In this document: positions 31,022-39,666 of the stretch, in pieces
How the letters are laid out: the number at the start of each line of letters is the position of its first letter
Position numbering within the stretch: position 1 is the stretch's first letter
Source: Bacteroidia bacterium
GTDB taxonomy: Bacteria > Bacteroidota > Bacteroidia > UKL13-3
Length of the DNA: 64,000 bases
NCBI GenBank assembly: GCA_051861545.1
Contig: JBIMKP010000001.1
Span: forward strand, 96,820 to 160,819
Reading direction: 5' to 3'
Position numbers and translations under genes: made by a program
The notes under the pieces: model-generated
What the model saw: only the letters and a program-made list of their open reading frames with translations
What the model was told of the DNA's origin: nothing
Databases searched by the model: none

Positions 31022-31876
31022 ATGAACTACAGAATAAATCAATTTCAGCAGTTAAATGAAAAAGCAATTTTGCTTTTAGCATTCCTTCCAGGAAAGTTTT
31101 ATAAGTTTATTCCTAGTTATTTAAGAGAACAAAATAGAATATTAAATTCTTCGATATCAGCTTCATACAAAATAAATTTTGACAACCAAGCTTATGTAAT
31201 ATCGAAAAATGGCATTTCATACAGAATTAGAAAAAAGTCGACTGATTTTTTAGTTTTTGAACAAGTTATTTTAAATCAGGAGTATAAACCATTTTTAGAT
31301 TTAATTAAAAATCACAATCAAAATAAAGCACTAAATTTGGTTGATGCTGGCACAAATGTTGGATTTGCATCTTTATATTTAAATGAACATCTCAATATAA
31401 ACAGAACAATTTCTATTGAACCTTCAAAAGAAAATATTAAAAACTTAAAAGAAAATTTCGAGTCCAATGCAATTTCAAATTTTCATATTTATGAAACAGG
31501 TCTTTGGGAAAAGAAAACTCGCTTGAAATTAGATACAAGTTTTAGAGATGGTAGAGAATGGTCTTTAAGACTAATTGAAACTGCAGAAAATGATCCAGAA
31601 GGTTTTGATTGTATTTCAATTGAAGATATTTTCAAAGACGAGAAAATTGAAATAATCGATATCCTAAAAATTGATATAGAAGGTGGTGAAAAGGAAGTAT
31701 TTAAAGCTTTTGAAAAAGATAATTCCATTTTGCAAAAGATTAAATTCATTGCAATTGAAATACATGATGAAGTTGCAGACAGGACCAAAATTAATACCCA
31801 ATTATTAAACGCAGGTTTTAAAATTGAAACCGTTGGAGAAACTACTATTGGGGTAAACAAAAATCTAGTTTTATGA
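31022..31876 (+). CDS. FkbM-family methyltransferase
   Basis: LVDAGTNVGFASLYL resembles the FkbM/Methyltransf_21 motif (D.GAN.G..S). ~280 aa. Confidence 0.55.
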   Translation: MNYRINQFQQLNEKAILLLAFLPGKFYKFIPSYLREQNRILNSSISASYKINFDNQAYVISKNGISYRIRKKSTDFLVFEQVILNQEYKPFLDLIKNHNQNKALNLVDAGTNVGFASLYLNEHLNINRTISIEPSKENIKNLKENFESNAISNFHIYETGLWEKKTRLKLDTSFRDGREWSLRLIETAENDPEGFDCISIEDIFKDEKIEIIDILKIDIEGGEKEVFKAFEKDNSILQKIKFIAIEIHDEVADRTKINTQLLNAGFKIETVGETTIGVNKNLVL

Positions 31877-32547
31877 GAGAAGTAAATGCGGAGAGACTAT
31901 ATAGTTATCAAATAAAAAAACATTTTTATTACTATTTAGAACATGTTTTTATTATTGAATCTTTAATTGGCGCAATAAATAAATATGCAAAAGGAAAGGT
32001 TTTAGATATTGGTTGTGGAAATAAACCATACCTAGAACTCTTTAATGGAAAAATTGAGAGCTACATCGGCTGCGATATCATTCAATCCTCTGGAAATTGT
32101 GTAGATGTTTTATGTCCTGCGCAAGAAATTCCTTTGGAAAGTTTGTCGTTTGATACTGTGTTTTCTACTCAAACTATTGAACATGTTGGCGATTTTCAAG
32201 GTATGGTTGATGAGGCTTTCAGACTTCTTAAACCTGGTGGACATTTTATCGTTTCGGGTCCAATGTACTGGCCTTTACATGAGGAACCTTACGACTATTT
32301 CAGGTTTACAAAACATGGATTTCGATTGAGTTTAGAAAAAGCAGGATTTGAAGTTTTAGAAATCAATCCAAATGGAGGAAAATGGGCTTTATTGGGTCAA
32401 ACATTATTGTTAACGCTACCTAAATGGATGACTTTCCCAAAAATCACTAGAACTTTACACAATTTGTTTTATGAATGGTTAGATAGAAAATTTTTCGACC
32501 CTATTAACACCATGAATTATGTTGTAATTGCTAAAAAATCTGTTTAA
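31873..32547 (+). CDS. Class I SAM-dependent methyltransferase
   Basis: VLDIGCGNKPY (motif I) and LKPGGHFIVSGP (post-II). Overlaps the upstream gene by 4 nt. Confidence 0.65.
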   Translation: MREVNAERLYSYQIKKHFYYYLEHVFIIESLIGAINKYAKGKVLDIGCGNKPYLELFNGKIESYIGCDIIQSSGNCVDVLCPAQEIPLESLSFDTVFSTQTIEHVGDFQGMVDEAFRLLKPGGHFIVSGPMYWPLHEEPYDYFRFTKHGFRLSLEKAGFEVLEINPNGGKWALLGQTLLLTLPKWMTFPKITRTLHNLFYEWLDRKFFDPINTMNYVVIAKKSV

Positions 32548-33371
32548 TGAATCCCAGAATATCAGTAATTATACCCTGTTATAACCATGGGAAATATATC
32601 CGTGAAGCCTTGGCTGGTTTGAAAAAACTACCTGAAGGTTTATGCGAAATAATTATTGTTAATGATGGCTCAACAGATACTTATACAATTGAAACCCTTG
32701 AAAAATTAAAATTAGAAGGATATAAAATCATCCATCAAACAAACCAAGGTTTAGGTAAAACCAGAAACAATGGAATAAAACTGGCTTTGGGTGAATATAT
32801 ACTTCCTTTGGATTCAGATAACCGAATTAATCCGGAATACATTACTGAAGCCATTAGAATATTAGATAGAAATGCAGGATTTTCGGTAGTTTACAGCAAT
32901 CCAAATTATTTTGGTGATAAAAAAGGCACAACAGAACTTCCCGATTTTAACTTGCAACAAATGATGATTGGAAATTACATAGATGCTTGTGCAATTTACC
33001 GAAAATCTGCTTGGGTAGAAGTGGGTGGTTATGATGAAAACATGCCTTTTATGGGCGTTGAAGACTGGGAATTTTGGCTACATCTATCATTTAAAGGACA
33101 CAAATTTTATCATATAAATAAGGCACTTTATGATTATAGAGTTGCGGCAGTTTCGATGATAAAAAAAGATACCGCACCCAATTTTCAAGAACTAAAAAAA
33201 TACATTGAACAAAAACATGCTTCATTCTTAAATTATGATGCAATAGGCAATTATGTTTCAGAAAGATTTGCTGCTGCACCATTTATGTTTATTATGAAAC
33301 TCATCTTAAAAACCTATTTTCCCGCCAAATACAACAAATTAATTGTAGCAAAAAAAATCAACAGAATTTAA
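32547..33371 (+). CDS. Family 2 glycosyltransferase
   Basis: ISVIIPCYNHGKYIREAL...IIVNDGSTD...LDSDN has the GT2 N-terminal nucleotide-binding signature and the DxD-like DSD. Confidence 0.75.
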   Translation: MNPRISVIIPCYNHGKYIREALAGLKKLPEGLCEIIIVNDGSTDTYTIETLEKLKLEGYKIIHQTNQGLGKTRNNGIKLALGEYILPLDSDNRINPEYITEAIRILDRNAGFSVVYSNPNYFGDKKGTTELPDFNLQQMMIGNYIDACAIYRKSAWVEVGGYDENMPFMGVEDWEFWLHLSFKGHKFYHINKALYDYRVAAVSMIKKDTAPNFQELKKYIEQKHASFLNYDAIGNYVSERFAAAPFMFIMKLILKTYFPAKYNKLIVAKKINRI

Positions 33372-34273
33372 TGAATACTCCTGTTTTACTTATATTATTC
33401 AACCGCTCTGATACGGCACTACAAGTATTAGAAAGAATAAAACTTGCAGGGGTTAAAAAGCTATATTTATTTTCTGATGGCCCCAGAACAAATAAAACGG
33501 GCGAATCTGAAATTCTAAAAAAAGTACAATCTGAAATTCTGAATGCAATTAACTGGGAATGTGAAGTAAAAACAAAATTTGAGGAAGAAAACAAAGGTCC
33601 ACGCTATGCCATTGGAAATGGAATAAACTGGTTTTTTGAAAATGAAGAAAATGGAATCATTTTCGAACACGACTGTCTACCAAACCTCAGCTTTTTTAGT
33701 TTCTGTGAAGAATTATTAGCCAAATATGCTGATGATGAAAGAATCATGCACATATCGGGTAATAATTTTCAGTTTGGGAGAACATTTGGAACTGGTGACT
33801 ACTACTTCTCAAAATTTAATCATATATGGGGCTTTGCTACTTGGAGAAGAGCCTGGAAACATTACGATTTAGACATGAAAAGTTATCCGGAATTTAAATT
33901 GAAAAACGAGTTAGTTAATATATTCCCAGATAATAGAGTTTATAAATTTTGGGAAACTGTATTTGATAAAACATATAATAAAGAAATCGAAACTTGGGAT
34001 TACCAATGGACATTTAGTATGTGGTGCCAAAATGGATTGGCGATTTTGCCACAAAAGAATCTGGTTAGCAATATAGGTTTTGATTCTGAAGCACTTAATA
34101 CAAAAAACCCAAATCATAAAGTAGCTTTCATGGAAACTTTTGAATTATTGGAAATCAAGCATCCAAAATGGATAATTCACCAAATGGATGCAGATATTTT
34201 CAGCATTCACAATATATTCTACCCAAGTATCCTTAAATTTGGAATCCAAAAAATAAAAAAACTGCTTAAATAA
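33371..34273 (+). CDS. Putative GT-A-fold nucleotide-diphospho-sugar transferase
   Basis: N-terminal PVLLILFNRSDTALQVLERIKLAGVKKLYLFSDGPR resembles bacterial GNT-I/HlpA-like glycosyltransferases. This is a memory-based call without a clear DxD. Confidence 0.4.
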   Translation: MNTPVLLILFNRSDTALQVLERIKLAGVKKLYLFSDGPRTNKTGESEILKKVQSEILNAINWECEVKTKFEEENKGPRYAIGNGINWFFENEENGIIFEHDCLPNLSFFSFCEELLAKYADDERIMHISGNNFQFGRTFGTGDYYFSKFNHIWGFATWRRAWKHYDLDMKSYPEFKLKNELVNIFPDNRVYKFWETVFDKTYNKEIETWDYQWTFSMWCQNGLAILPQKNLVSNIGFDSEALNTKNPNHKVAFMETFELLEIKHPKWIIHQMDADIFSIHNIFYPSILKFGIQKIKKLLK

Positions 34274-34279
34274 TCGTAA

Positions 34280-35197
34280 ATGAACTTAAAAAACCTTTTA
34301 AAGAAAAAGAGTGGCATTGATGCTTTTCTGCGTTGGCAGAGGATTGAATTGGAACAAAGCAGGATTCTAAATGGTCGATTATTTGCTAGTATTAACTCTT
34401 CAAAAGGTTTAGTTGAGGATTTTGAGAAAATAGAATTTTCAGTTTTTTCACAACTTGGAGATGATGGAATAATTCAATATTTGATTGAACAAATAAATTT
34501 TCCAAATAAATATTTCATTGAATTTGGAGTTCAAAATTATATGGAATCAAACACCCGATTTTTATTGATGAATAATAATTGGAGTGGATTAATAATGGAT
34601 GGCTCTGAGGAGTTTATCAATTTTATTAAAAACGATTATTATTATTGGAAATATAATTTAACCGCAAAGAAGCTATTTATTACAAAAGACAATATCAATC
34701 AGGCATTTTTGGAAGAAAAAGTCCCTCAAAACCCCGGAATTCTGCACATTGATATCGATGGAAATGATTACTGGATTTGGAAATCAATTGAAGTGGTAAA
34801 TCCAATTTTGGTAATAATGGAATACAACAGTGGTTTTGGTGACATAAGACCTATTACCGTTCCATATGTAGATGATTTTGAAAGATATAATTGTCACTTT
34901 AGCGGCTTGATATTTGGAGCATCTTTGCAGTCGCTTTGTGATCTGGCTGAGGAGAAAGGTTATTATTTCATTGGAAGCAACAGTTATGGCAATAATGCCT
35001 ATTTTGTAAAAAAAGAATATATTGGAAGCTTAAAGCCAATTACTTGTAAAGAAGGTTATAGATTAAGTAATTGCAGACAAAACAAAAATAAAGAGGGTAA
35101 TTTTACACTTGAATTGGATGAAAACATGATTAAAACTTATCCAAATGTAAAAGTGGTAAATACAAGAACAGGAAATTTAGAGAATTTAAATGAGTAA
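34280..35197 (+). CDS. Hypothetical protein in the glycan cluster
   Basis: 305-aa ORF, consistent frame, no recognisable motif. Confidence 0.4.
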   Translation: MNLKNLLKKKSGIDAFLRWQRIELEQSRILNGRLFASINSSKGLVEDFEKIEFSVFSQLGDDGIIQYLIEQINFPNKYFIEFGVQNYMESNTRFLLMNNNWSGLIMDGSEEFINFIKNDYYYWKYNLTAKKLFITKDNINQAFLEEKVPQNPGILHIDIDGNDYWIWKSIEVVNPILVIMEYNSGFGDIRPITVPYVDDFERYNCHFSGLIFGASLQSLCDLAEEKGYYFIGSNSYGNNAYFVKKEYIGSLKPITCKEGYRLSNCRQNKNKEGNFTLELDENMIKTYPNVKVVNTRTGNLENLNE

Positions 35198-35924
35198 TAA
35201 AGAGATGAAAACAGAACAAGAAGTAAAATTAGATAGTTATTTTAATAACAGAACCGTAGATCCGACTTATTATTCTAGTTATAAAATTCCAAGGTATTTA
35301 AAACCACATATTCCTGTAAATAAACATGCCAAAATATTAGATGTTGGTTGTGGATATGGTCAATTTTTAAATTCATTAAAAGAGCAAGGATATACTAATA
35401 TTTTAGGTATAGACATTAACAATGAATCAATTAATGAATGCAATGCAAAAGGATTAAAAGCAATACAAATTGAGGATATTAGAAATTATGCAAAAGAATG
35501 TAATGAAAAATATGATTTCATAACAATGAGTCACGTTCTTGAGCATATAGATAAAGATAAAATCATTGATACTTTATATCACATTAAAAAGTATTTACTC
35601 AAAGAAGGTGGCGAATTCATTTTAATGGTTCCAAATGCACAATCATACACAGGTGCTTACTGGAGATATGAAGATTTTACTCATACAATTATGTTCACTG
35701 CAGGGAGCTGTAACTATGTTTTAAAAGCAGCAGGTTTTAATACTATATCATTTATTGATGCAGATGGAACAGAACATATGAGTTTTTTAAAAAAGGTCAT
35801 AATCAAATCCTTAATAGGCATATATAAATTAAAAGAAGACTTTTGGAATATCGTTTTACAAACATCCTTTCACAAACCAAGTCCTAGGATATACTCATTT
35901 GAACTTAAAGTATCTGCCAAATAA
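35190..35924 (+). CDS. Class I SAM-dependent methyltransferase
   Basis: ILDVGCGYGQFLNSL (motif I) and LKEGGEFILMVPN. Overlaps the upstream gene by 8 nt. Confidence 0.65.
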   Translation: MSNKEMKTEQEVKLDSYFNNRTVDPTYYSSYKIPRYLKPHIPVNKHAKILDVGCGYGQFLNSLKEQGYTNILGIDINNESINECNAKGLKAIQIEDIRNYAKECNEKYDFITMSHVLEHIDKDKIIDTLYHIKKYLLKEGGEFILMVPNAQSYTGAYWRYEDFTHTIMFTAGSCNYVLKAAGFNTISFIDADGTEHMSFLKKVIIKSLIGIYKLKEDFWNIVLQTSFHKPSPRIYSFELKVSAK

Positions 35925-35939
35925 AAAAAAAATCTACCC

Positions 35940-38900
35940 ATGAAACCCTACTTAAGAATTCTACAATTATTAGTTTTTTGTTTTCTATCAAACATTAATA
36001 ATTCGATTTCTCAATGTATTACCTGTACAACTGTTAATTCATTAAACAACGGATTAATCTGGTGCCATCCTTTCAGTGGAAATGCAAACGATGTCACAGG
36101 CAATGGGTATGATGGTTTTGTTTCTGGTGCAACTTTAATGCCAGATAGAGCTGGAAACCCAAACTCAGCTTATAATTTCGATGGATTTTCAAGTTATATT
36201 TCTTTATCGAAGAATATTCCTAGTACTTTAACCACTTTTTCAATAAGCATGTGGTTAAAACCAGGTAGCAATTCTGGAAATGGATTCATTTTTTGGGAAG
36301 GAGATAATATATGTGGAAATGATATTTACCTTGTTTTACAGAATTCCACATTAAAACTTGGAGCAAATAAAGCGGCTAGTCTTGGCGGTTTAGGAAATTT
36401 ATCTCATACTTACACTGTGCCAAGTCCATTTATAAACACTTGGACTCATATAGTTTGGGTAATGGAGCCAACAACATCTAAACTTTATGTAAATGGAAGT
36501 TTAGCCACAACAATCAATTCAACAGGGAACGGTTCAGGTTATAATTTTCCAGCAAGTTATGGCAGTAAATATGATGGAAATACGGGTTCTTGTGGAGCAC
36601 CAAGGCAATTTTATTACCAAGGAGGAATAGATGATGTTCGACTTTACAATAGGAGCTTAAGCGCAAGTGAGGCATTAAGTTTGTTTAATATTTCCGCAGT
36701 AAGTCCACCTATACTTAATTCATTATTAGTTGATAGAAACATTTGCAAAGGAGATTCTATTCTAGCAAATCCAAGTGCTACAAATGCAAATAGTTATTTG
36801 TGGACTCCAAGTCTTGGCGTTAGTAATAATAGCATTCTTAATCCATACTTTAAACCTTCAGTTACTACTAATTATATCCTAAGTTTAAGTAATAATGTAT
36901 GTACAATAAGAGATACTTTTACAATTAATGTAAACTCTTTAAATATTGAATTAGGACCAAATAGAAACATCTGCAAAGGAGATTCAATTCGAATTAATCC
37001 AAGTATTATCAATGCAATAAATTTTAACTGGACTCCTAACATTGGTTTGAGTAATTCCTCTATTAGTAATCCATATTTTAAGCCAATTCTGACTACAAGT
37101 TATATTTTAACAGCAAGTAACAATCAATGTTCGATAAAAGATACATTTACAATAAATATAAATCCATTAAACCTTGAATTAGGGCCGGATAAAAACCTTT
37201 GTTTGGGTGATTCAATGCAAATGAACCCTGTAATAAATAATGCAAATAATTTAATATGGTCACCTCCCATAAATATAAGCAATGTTAATATTGCAACTCC
37301 ATTTGTAAAACCATCAATTTCAAGTAAATATTATCTTAATGTAAGCAATGGAACTTGCAGTTTAACTGATTCGATTTCAATTACAATAAATACTATTTCA
37401 TTAGATATTGGTTTAGATAAATCAATATGTTTAGGCGATAGTGTAGAAATCAATCCTACTGCTGGAGCAGGTACTTTTATATGGTCACCAAGTTTGGGCC
37501 TGAGTTCAATAATCACTAAAAATACCATCGCCAAACCAATTACAAGCACTAAATACTATTTAAATCATGTTAGTGGTGCTTGCAGTTTAACTGATTCTAT
37601 AAGTATTGCGGTTAATTCCCTTTCAGTTGAACTAGGAGTTGATAAAGGCTTTTGTTTAGGAGATAGCATTCAACTAAATCCAGAAACAAATAATTCAACA
37701 ATCTACAGCTGGAGCCCGACTAATTGGTTATCTGATCCACTAATTAAGAATCCTTTCTTCAAACCCGATTTACCAACAAAATACTTCCTAGCCGTTTCAA
37801 ATGGCATTTGTTCTGCAATCGATTCTATTATAATTAGTCCTAAATCTATTAGCGTAGAAGCAGGTATGGATATAGTAATTTGTTCAGGTGATAGTATAAA
37901 GTTAAATGCTGTTGCCGGTGCAGGTATTTATGCATGGTACCCGAAAATAAATATAAGTGATACAAGCATTTCTAATCCTATTATTAAACCAACAAGTGAT
38001 ATAAAATACTATTTAAAATATACTGAAGATGGATGTGAGAACATTGATTCAATATTTGCAATTGTCAGGCAGATAAGTTTGAATCTTTCTAAAAATGAAA
38101 CCATTTGCTTAGGAGATAGTGTTAAAATTTTAGCAAGTCAAACAGGAGCTAGCAATATAGAGTGGACACCAGCAATCGGTCTTTCTAATACAGATATCAT
38201 TCAACCATGGGCTAAACCAAATTCCACCCAAAAATATAAAATTCAACTTGATGATGGAGTTTGTTTTAAATCAGATAGTTTAACAATTTATGTTTTTGAT
38301 AAAAATTCCTATACCAAAAATAATGATACAAGTATTTGCCGTGGAAATAGCATTCAATTAAATATTTTAGGAGGTACAGCCTGGAATTGGATAAATCCTT
38401 ACATGCTAAACTCAAATAATATTCCAAATCCAATTGCATCTCCTCAAGTTGATACTTCATATATCGTAAAAATCTCAAATAATAACTGTTCAATCTACGA
38501 CACTATTTCACTTAAAGTAAATCAATTACCTGCAATTCAAGCAGGTAATGATACATTTCATTGCTTTAACAAATCGGTCCAAATATTTGGAAATAAAATG
38601 AACTCTTTACTTACCTACTGGGAGGCAAATCCCTATTTTCAGGATACCTTCGAACTAAATCAAAACGTATCTGTAAGTAATAACTATGAATTTGTATTAA
38701 TTGGAAAAAGTAATGACTGTTACAATTATGATACCATTCGAGTAGAGGAAAAACCGCTGGTAAATGCTGATTTTAAAATTAATCGAGAAGAAGGTTATCC
38801 TCCGCTAAACATAGTTTTAAATAATACCTCACCTATTACGCCATATTTTAATTGGAACTTTAATAATAACAATATTTCTACTGGGGGTAATTTAGACACC

Positions 38901-39287
38901 TCATTCATTTATAATAAAAGCGAGGACTTAAATATAAAACTTACAGTCACAGATAGCTTTAGCTGTGCAGATACTATTGTTAAAAGTGTAAAAATTTTAT
39001 TAAAACCATATTTTCAAGTACCTAATGCTTTTACACCTAATGGCGATGGTAATAACGATTATTTTCAAATAATTTATAATTCTGGGGCATTTAAATATGT
39101 TCAATATGAAATTTATAACCGTTGGGGAGAGCATCTATTCACATCAATTTTGCCTGGAGGTAAATGGTGGGATGGTTATTTTGAAAATTCTCCTTGTCCT
39201 GATGGAGTATATTTTTTTATTGCCAGAGGTGAAGCACTTGATGGCACAATATTTAATTCTCAGGGCACTGTAACACTTTTGCGATAG
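35940..39287 (+). CDS. T9SS type-B-CTD cargo: LamG lectin domain + 9 Cys-containing ~76-aa repeats + PKD-like module + CTD (paralog A)
   Basis: Signal peptide ...NINNSIS|QC. LamG/Laminin_G_3-like block CHPFSGNANDVTGNGYDGFVSGATL...MWLKP...IDDVRLYNRSLSASEALSL. Nine tandem units of form IC.GDSI..NP......W.P..GLSN..I.NP.FKP..TT.YIL.......C...D...I.VN. The CTD is VPNAFTPNGDGNNDYFQI...IYNRWGEHLFTS...WWDGYF...GVYFFIARGEALDGTIFNSQGTVTLLR. Confidence 0.8.
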   Translation: MKPYLRILQLLVFCFLSNINNSISQCITCTTVNSLNNGLIWCHPFSGNANDVTGNGYDGFVSGATLMPDRAGNPNSAYNFDGFSSYISLSKNIPSTLTTFSISMWLKPGSNSGNGFIFWEGDNICGNDIYLVLQNSTLKLGANKAASLGGLGNLSHTYTVPSPFINTWTHIVWVMEPTTSKLYVNGSLATTINSTGNGSGYNFPASYGSKYDGNTGSCGAPRQFYYQGGIDDVRLYNRSLSASEALSLFNISAVSPPILNSLLVDRNICKGDSILANPSATNANSYLWTPSLGVSNNSILNPYFKPSVTTNYILSLSNNVCTIRDTFTINVNSLNIELGPNRNICKGDSIRINPSIINAINFNWTPNIGLSNSSISNPYFKPILTTSYILTASNNQCSIKDTFTININPLNLELGPDKNLCLGDSMQMNPVINNANNLIWSPPINISNVNIATPFVKPSISSKYYLNVSNGTCSLTDSISITINTISLDIGLDKSICLGDSVEINPTAGAGTFIWSPSLGLSSIITKNTIAKPITSTKYYLNHVSGACSLTDSISIAVNSLSVELGVDKGFCLGDSIQLNPETNNSTIYSWSPTNWLSDPLIKNPFFKPDLPTKYFLAVSNGICSAIDSIIISPKSISVEAGMDIVICSGDSIKLNAVAGAGIYAWYPKINISDTSISNPIIKPTSDIKYYLKYTEDGCENIDSIFAIVRQISLNLSKNETICLGDSVKILASQTGASNIEWTPAIGLSNTDIIQPWAKPNSTQKYKIQLDDGVCFKSDSLTIYVFDKNSYTKNNDTSICRGNSIQLNILGGTAWNWINPYMLNSNNIPNPIASPQVDTSYIVKISNNNCSIYDTISLKVNQLPAIQAGNDTFHCFNKSVQIFGNKMNSLLTYWEANPYFQDTFELNQNVSVSNNYEFVLIGKSNDCYNYDTIRVEEKPLVNADFKINREEGYPPLNIVLNNTSPITPYFNWNFNNNNISTGGNLDTSFIYNKSEDLNIKLTVTDSFSCADTIVKSVKILLKPYFQVPNAFTPNGDGNNDYFQIIYNSGAFKYVQYEIYNRWGEHLFTSILPGGKWWDGYFENSPCPDGVYFFIARGEALDGTIFNSQGTVTLLR
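36723..38775 (+). repeat. In-frame tandem array of about 9 x ~228-bp (76-aa) two-Cys repeat units inside paralog A
   Basis: Repeat boundaries at each ..LELGPD/LDIGLD..(K/R)N-I-C-x-G-D-S. Recurring nucleotide motif tgtttaggagatagt (e.g. 37428, 37656, 38106). Confidence 0.55.
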
Positions 39288-39666
39288 TAATAAAATTTAT
39301 CATTAAACATACAATCATAATTTGACAAAAAAGTCAAATAACTGAAAATATTTTATGATTAAAAATTTTACTAATTACAATAAAACAAAGTAATTCTTAA
39401 TGATAGGTAGAAAAATATTGAAACTAAAACAAGGCTCCCCTTACTGTCTCATTTTACTAATAACAAGAAATCAAAATGATGATTCTTTGAAGCAACAAGA
39501 ACCTAGATTTAAATATTATTTAAAAAACTCATAATCAAAATTTTAATTGGATTTATCAGAATTTTGAGAGAAATTTGACATCAATTTGTTTAATTATTTT
39601 CCATAAAACAATTCAAGAGATTTATTCAGTTAAATGAAGAGTATTTGCATAATCAAAAATCTACCC

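Noticed and set aside
29420-34117. Several 60-125-aa ORFs within the glycan cluster (29420-29698, 29811-30023, 31489-31860, 32105-32329, 33091-33282, 33358-33594, 33911-34117)
   Set aside because: They lie antisense or out of frame relative to longer ORFs with methyltransferase/GT motifs. They have low-complexity translations and are considered spurious.
39288-39666. 380-bp AT-rich spacer between the two paralogous adhesin genes, inspected for a small RNA, a terminator or a coding gene
   Set aside because: It contains only a weak 6-bp hairpin (tttgac aaaaaa gtcaaa at about 39322-39339) and no ORF. It most likely holds the promoter and 5' leader of paralog B, and nothing can be called confidently.
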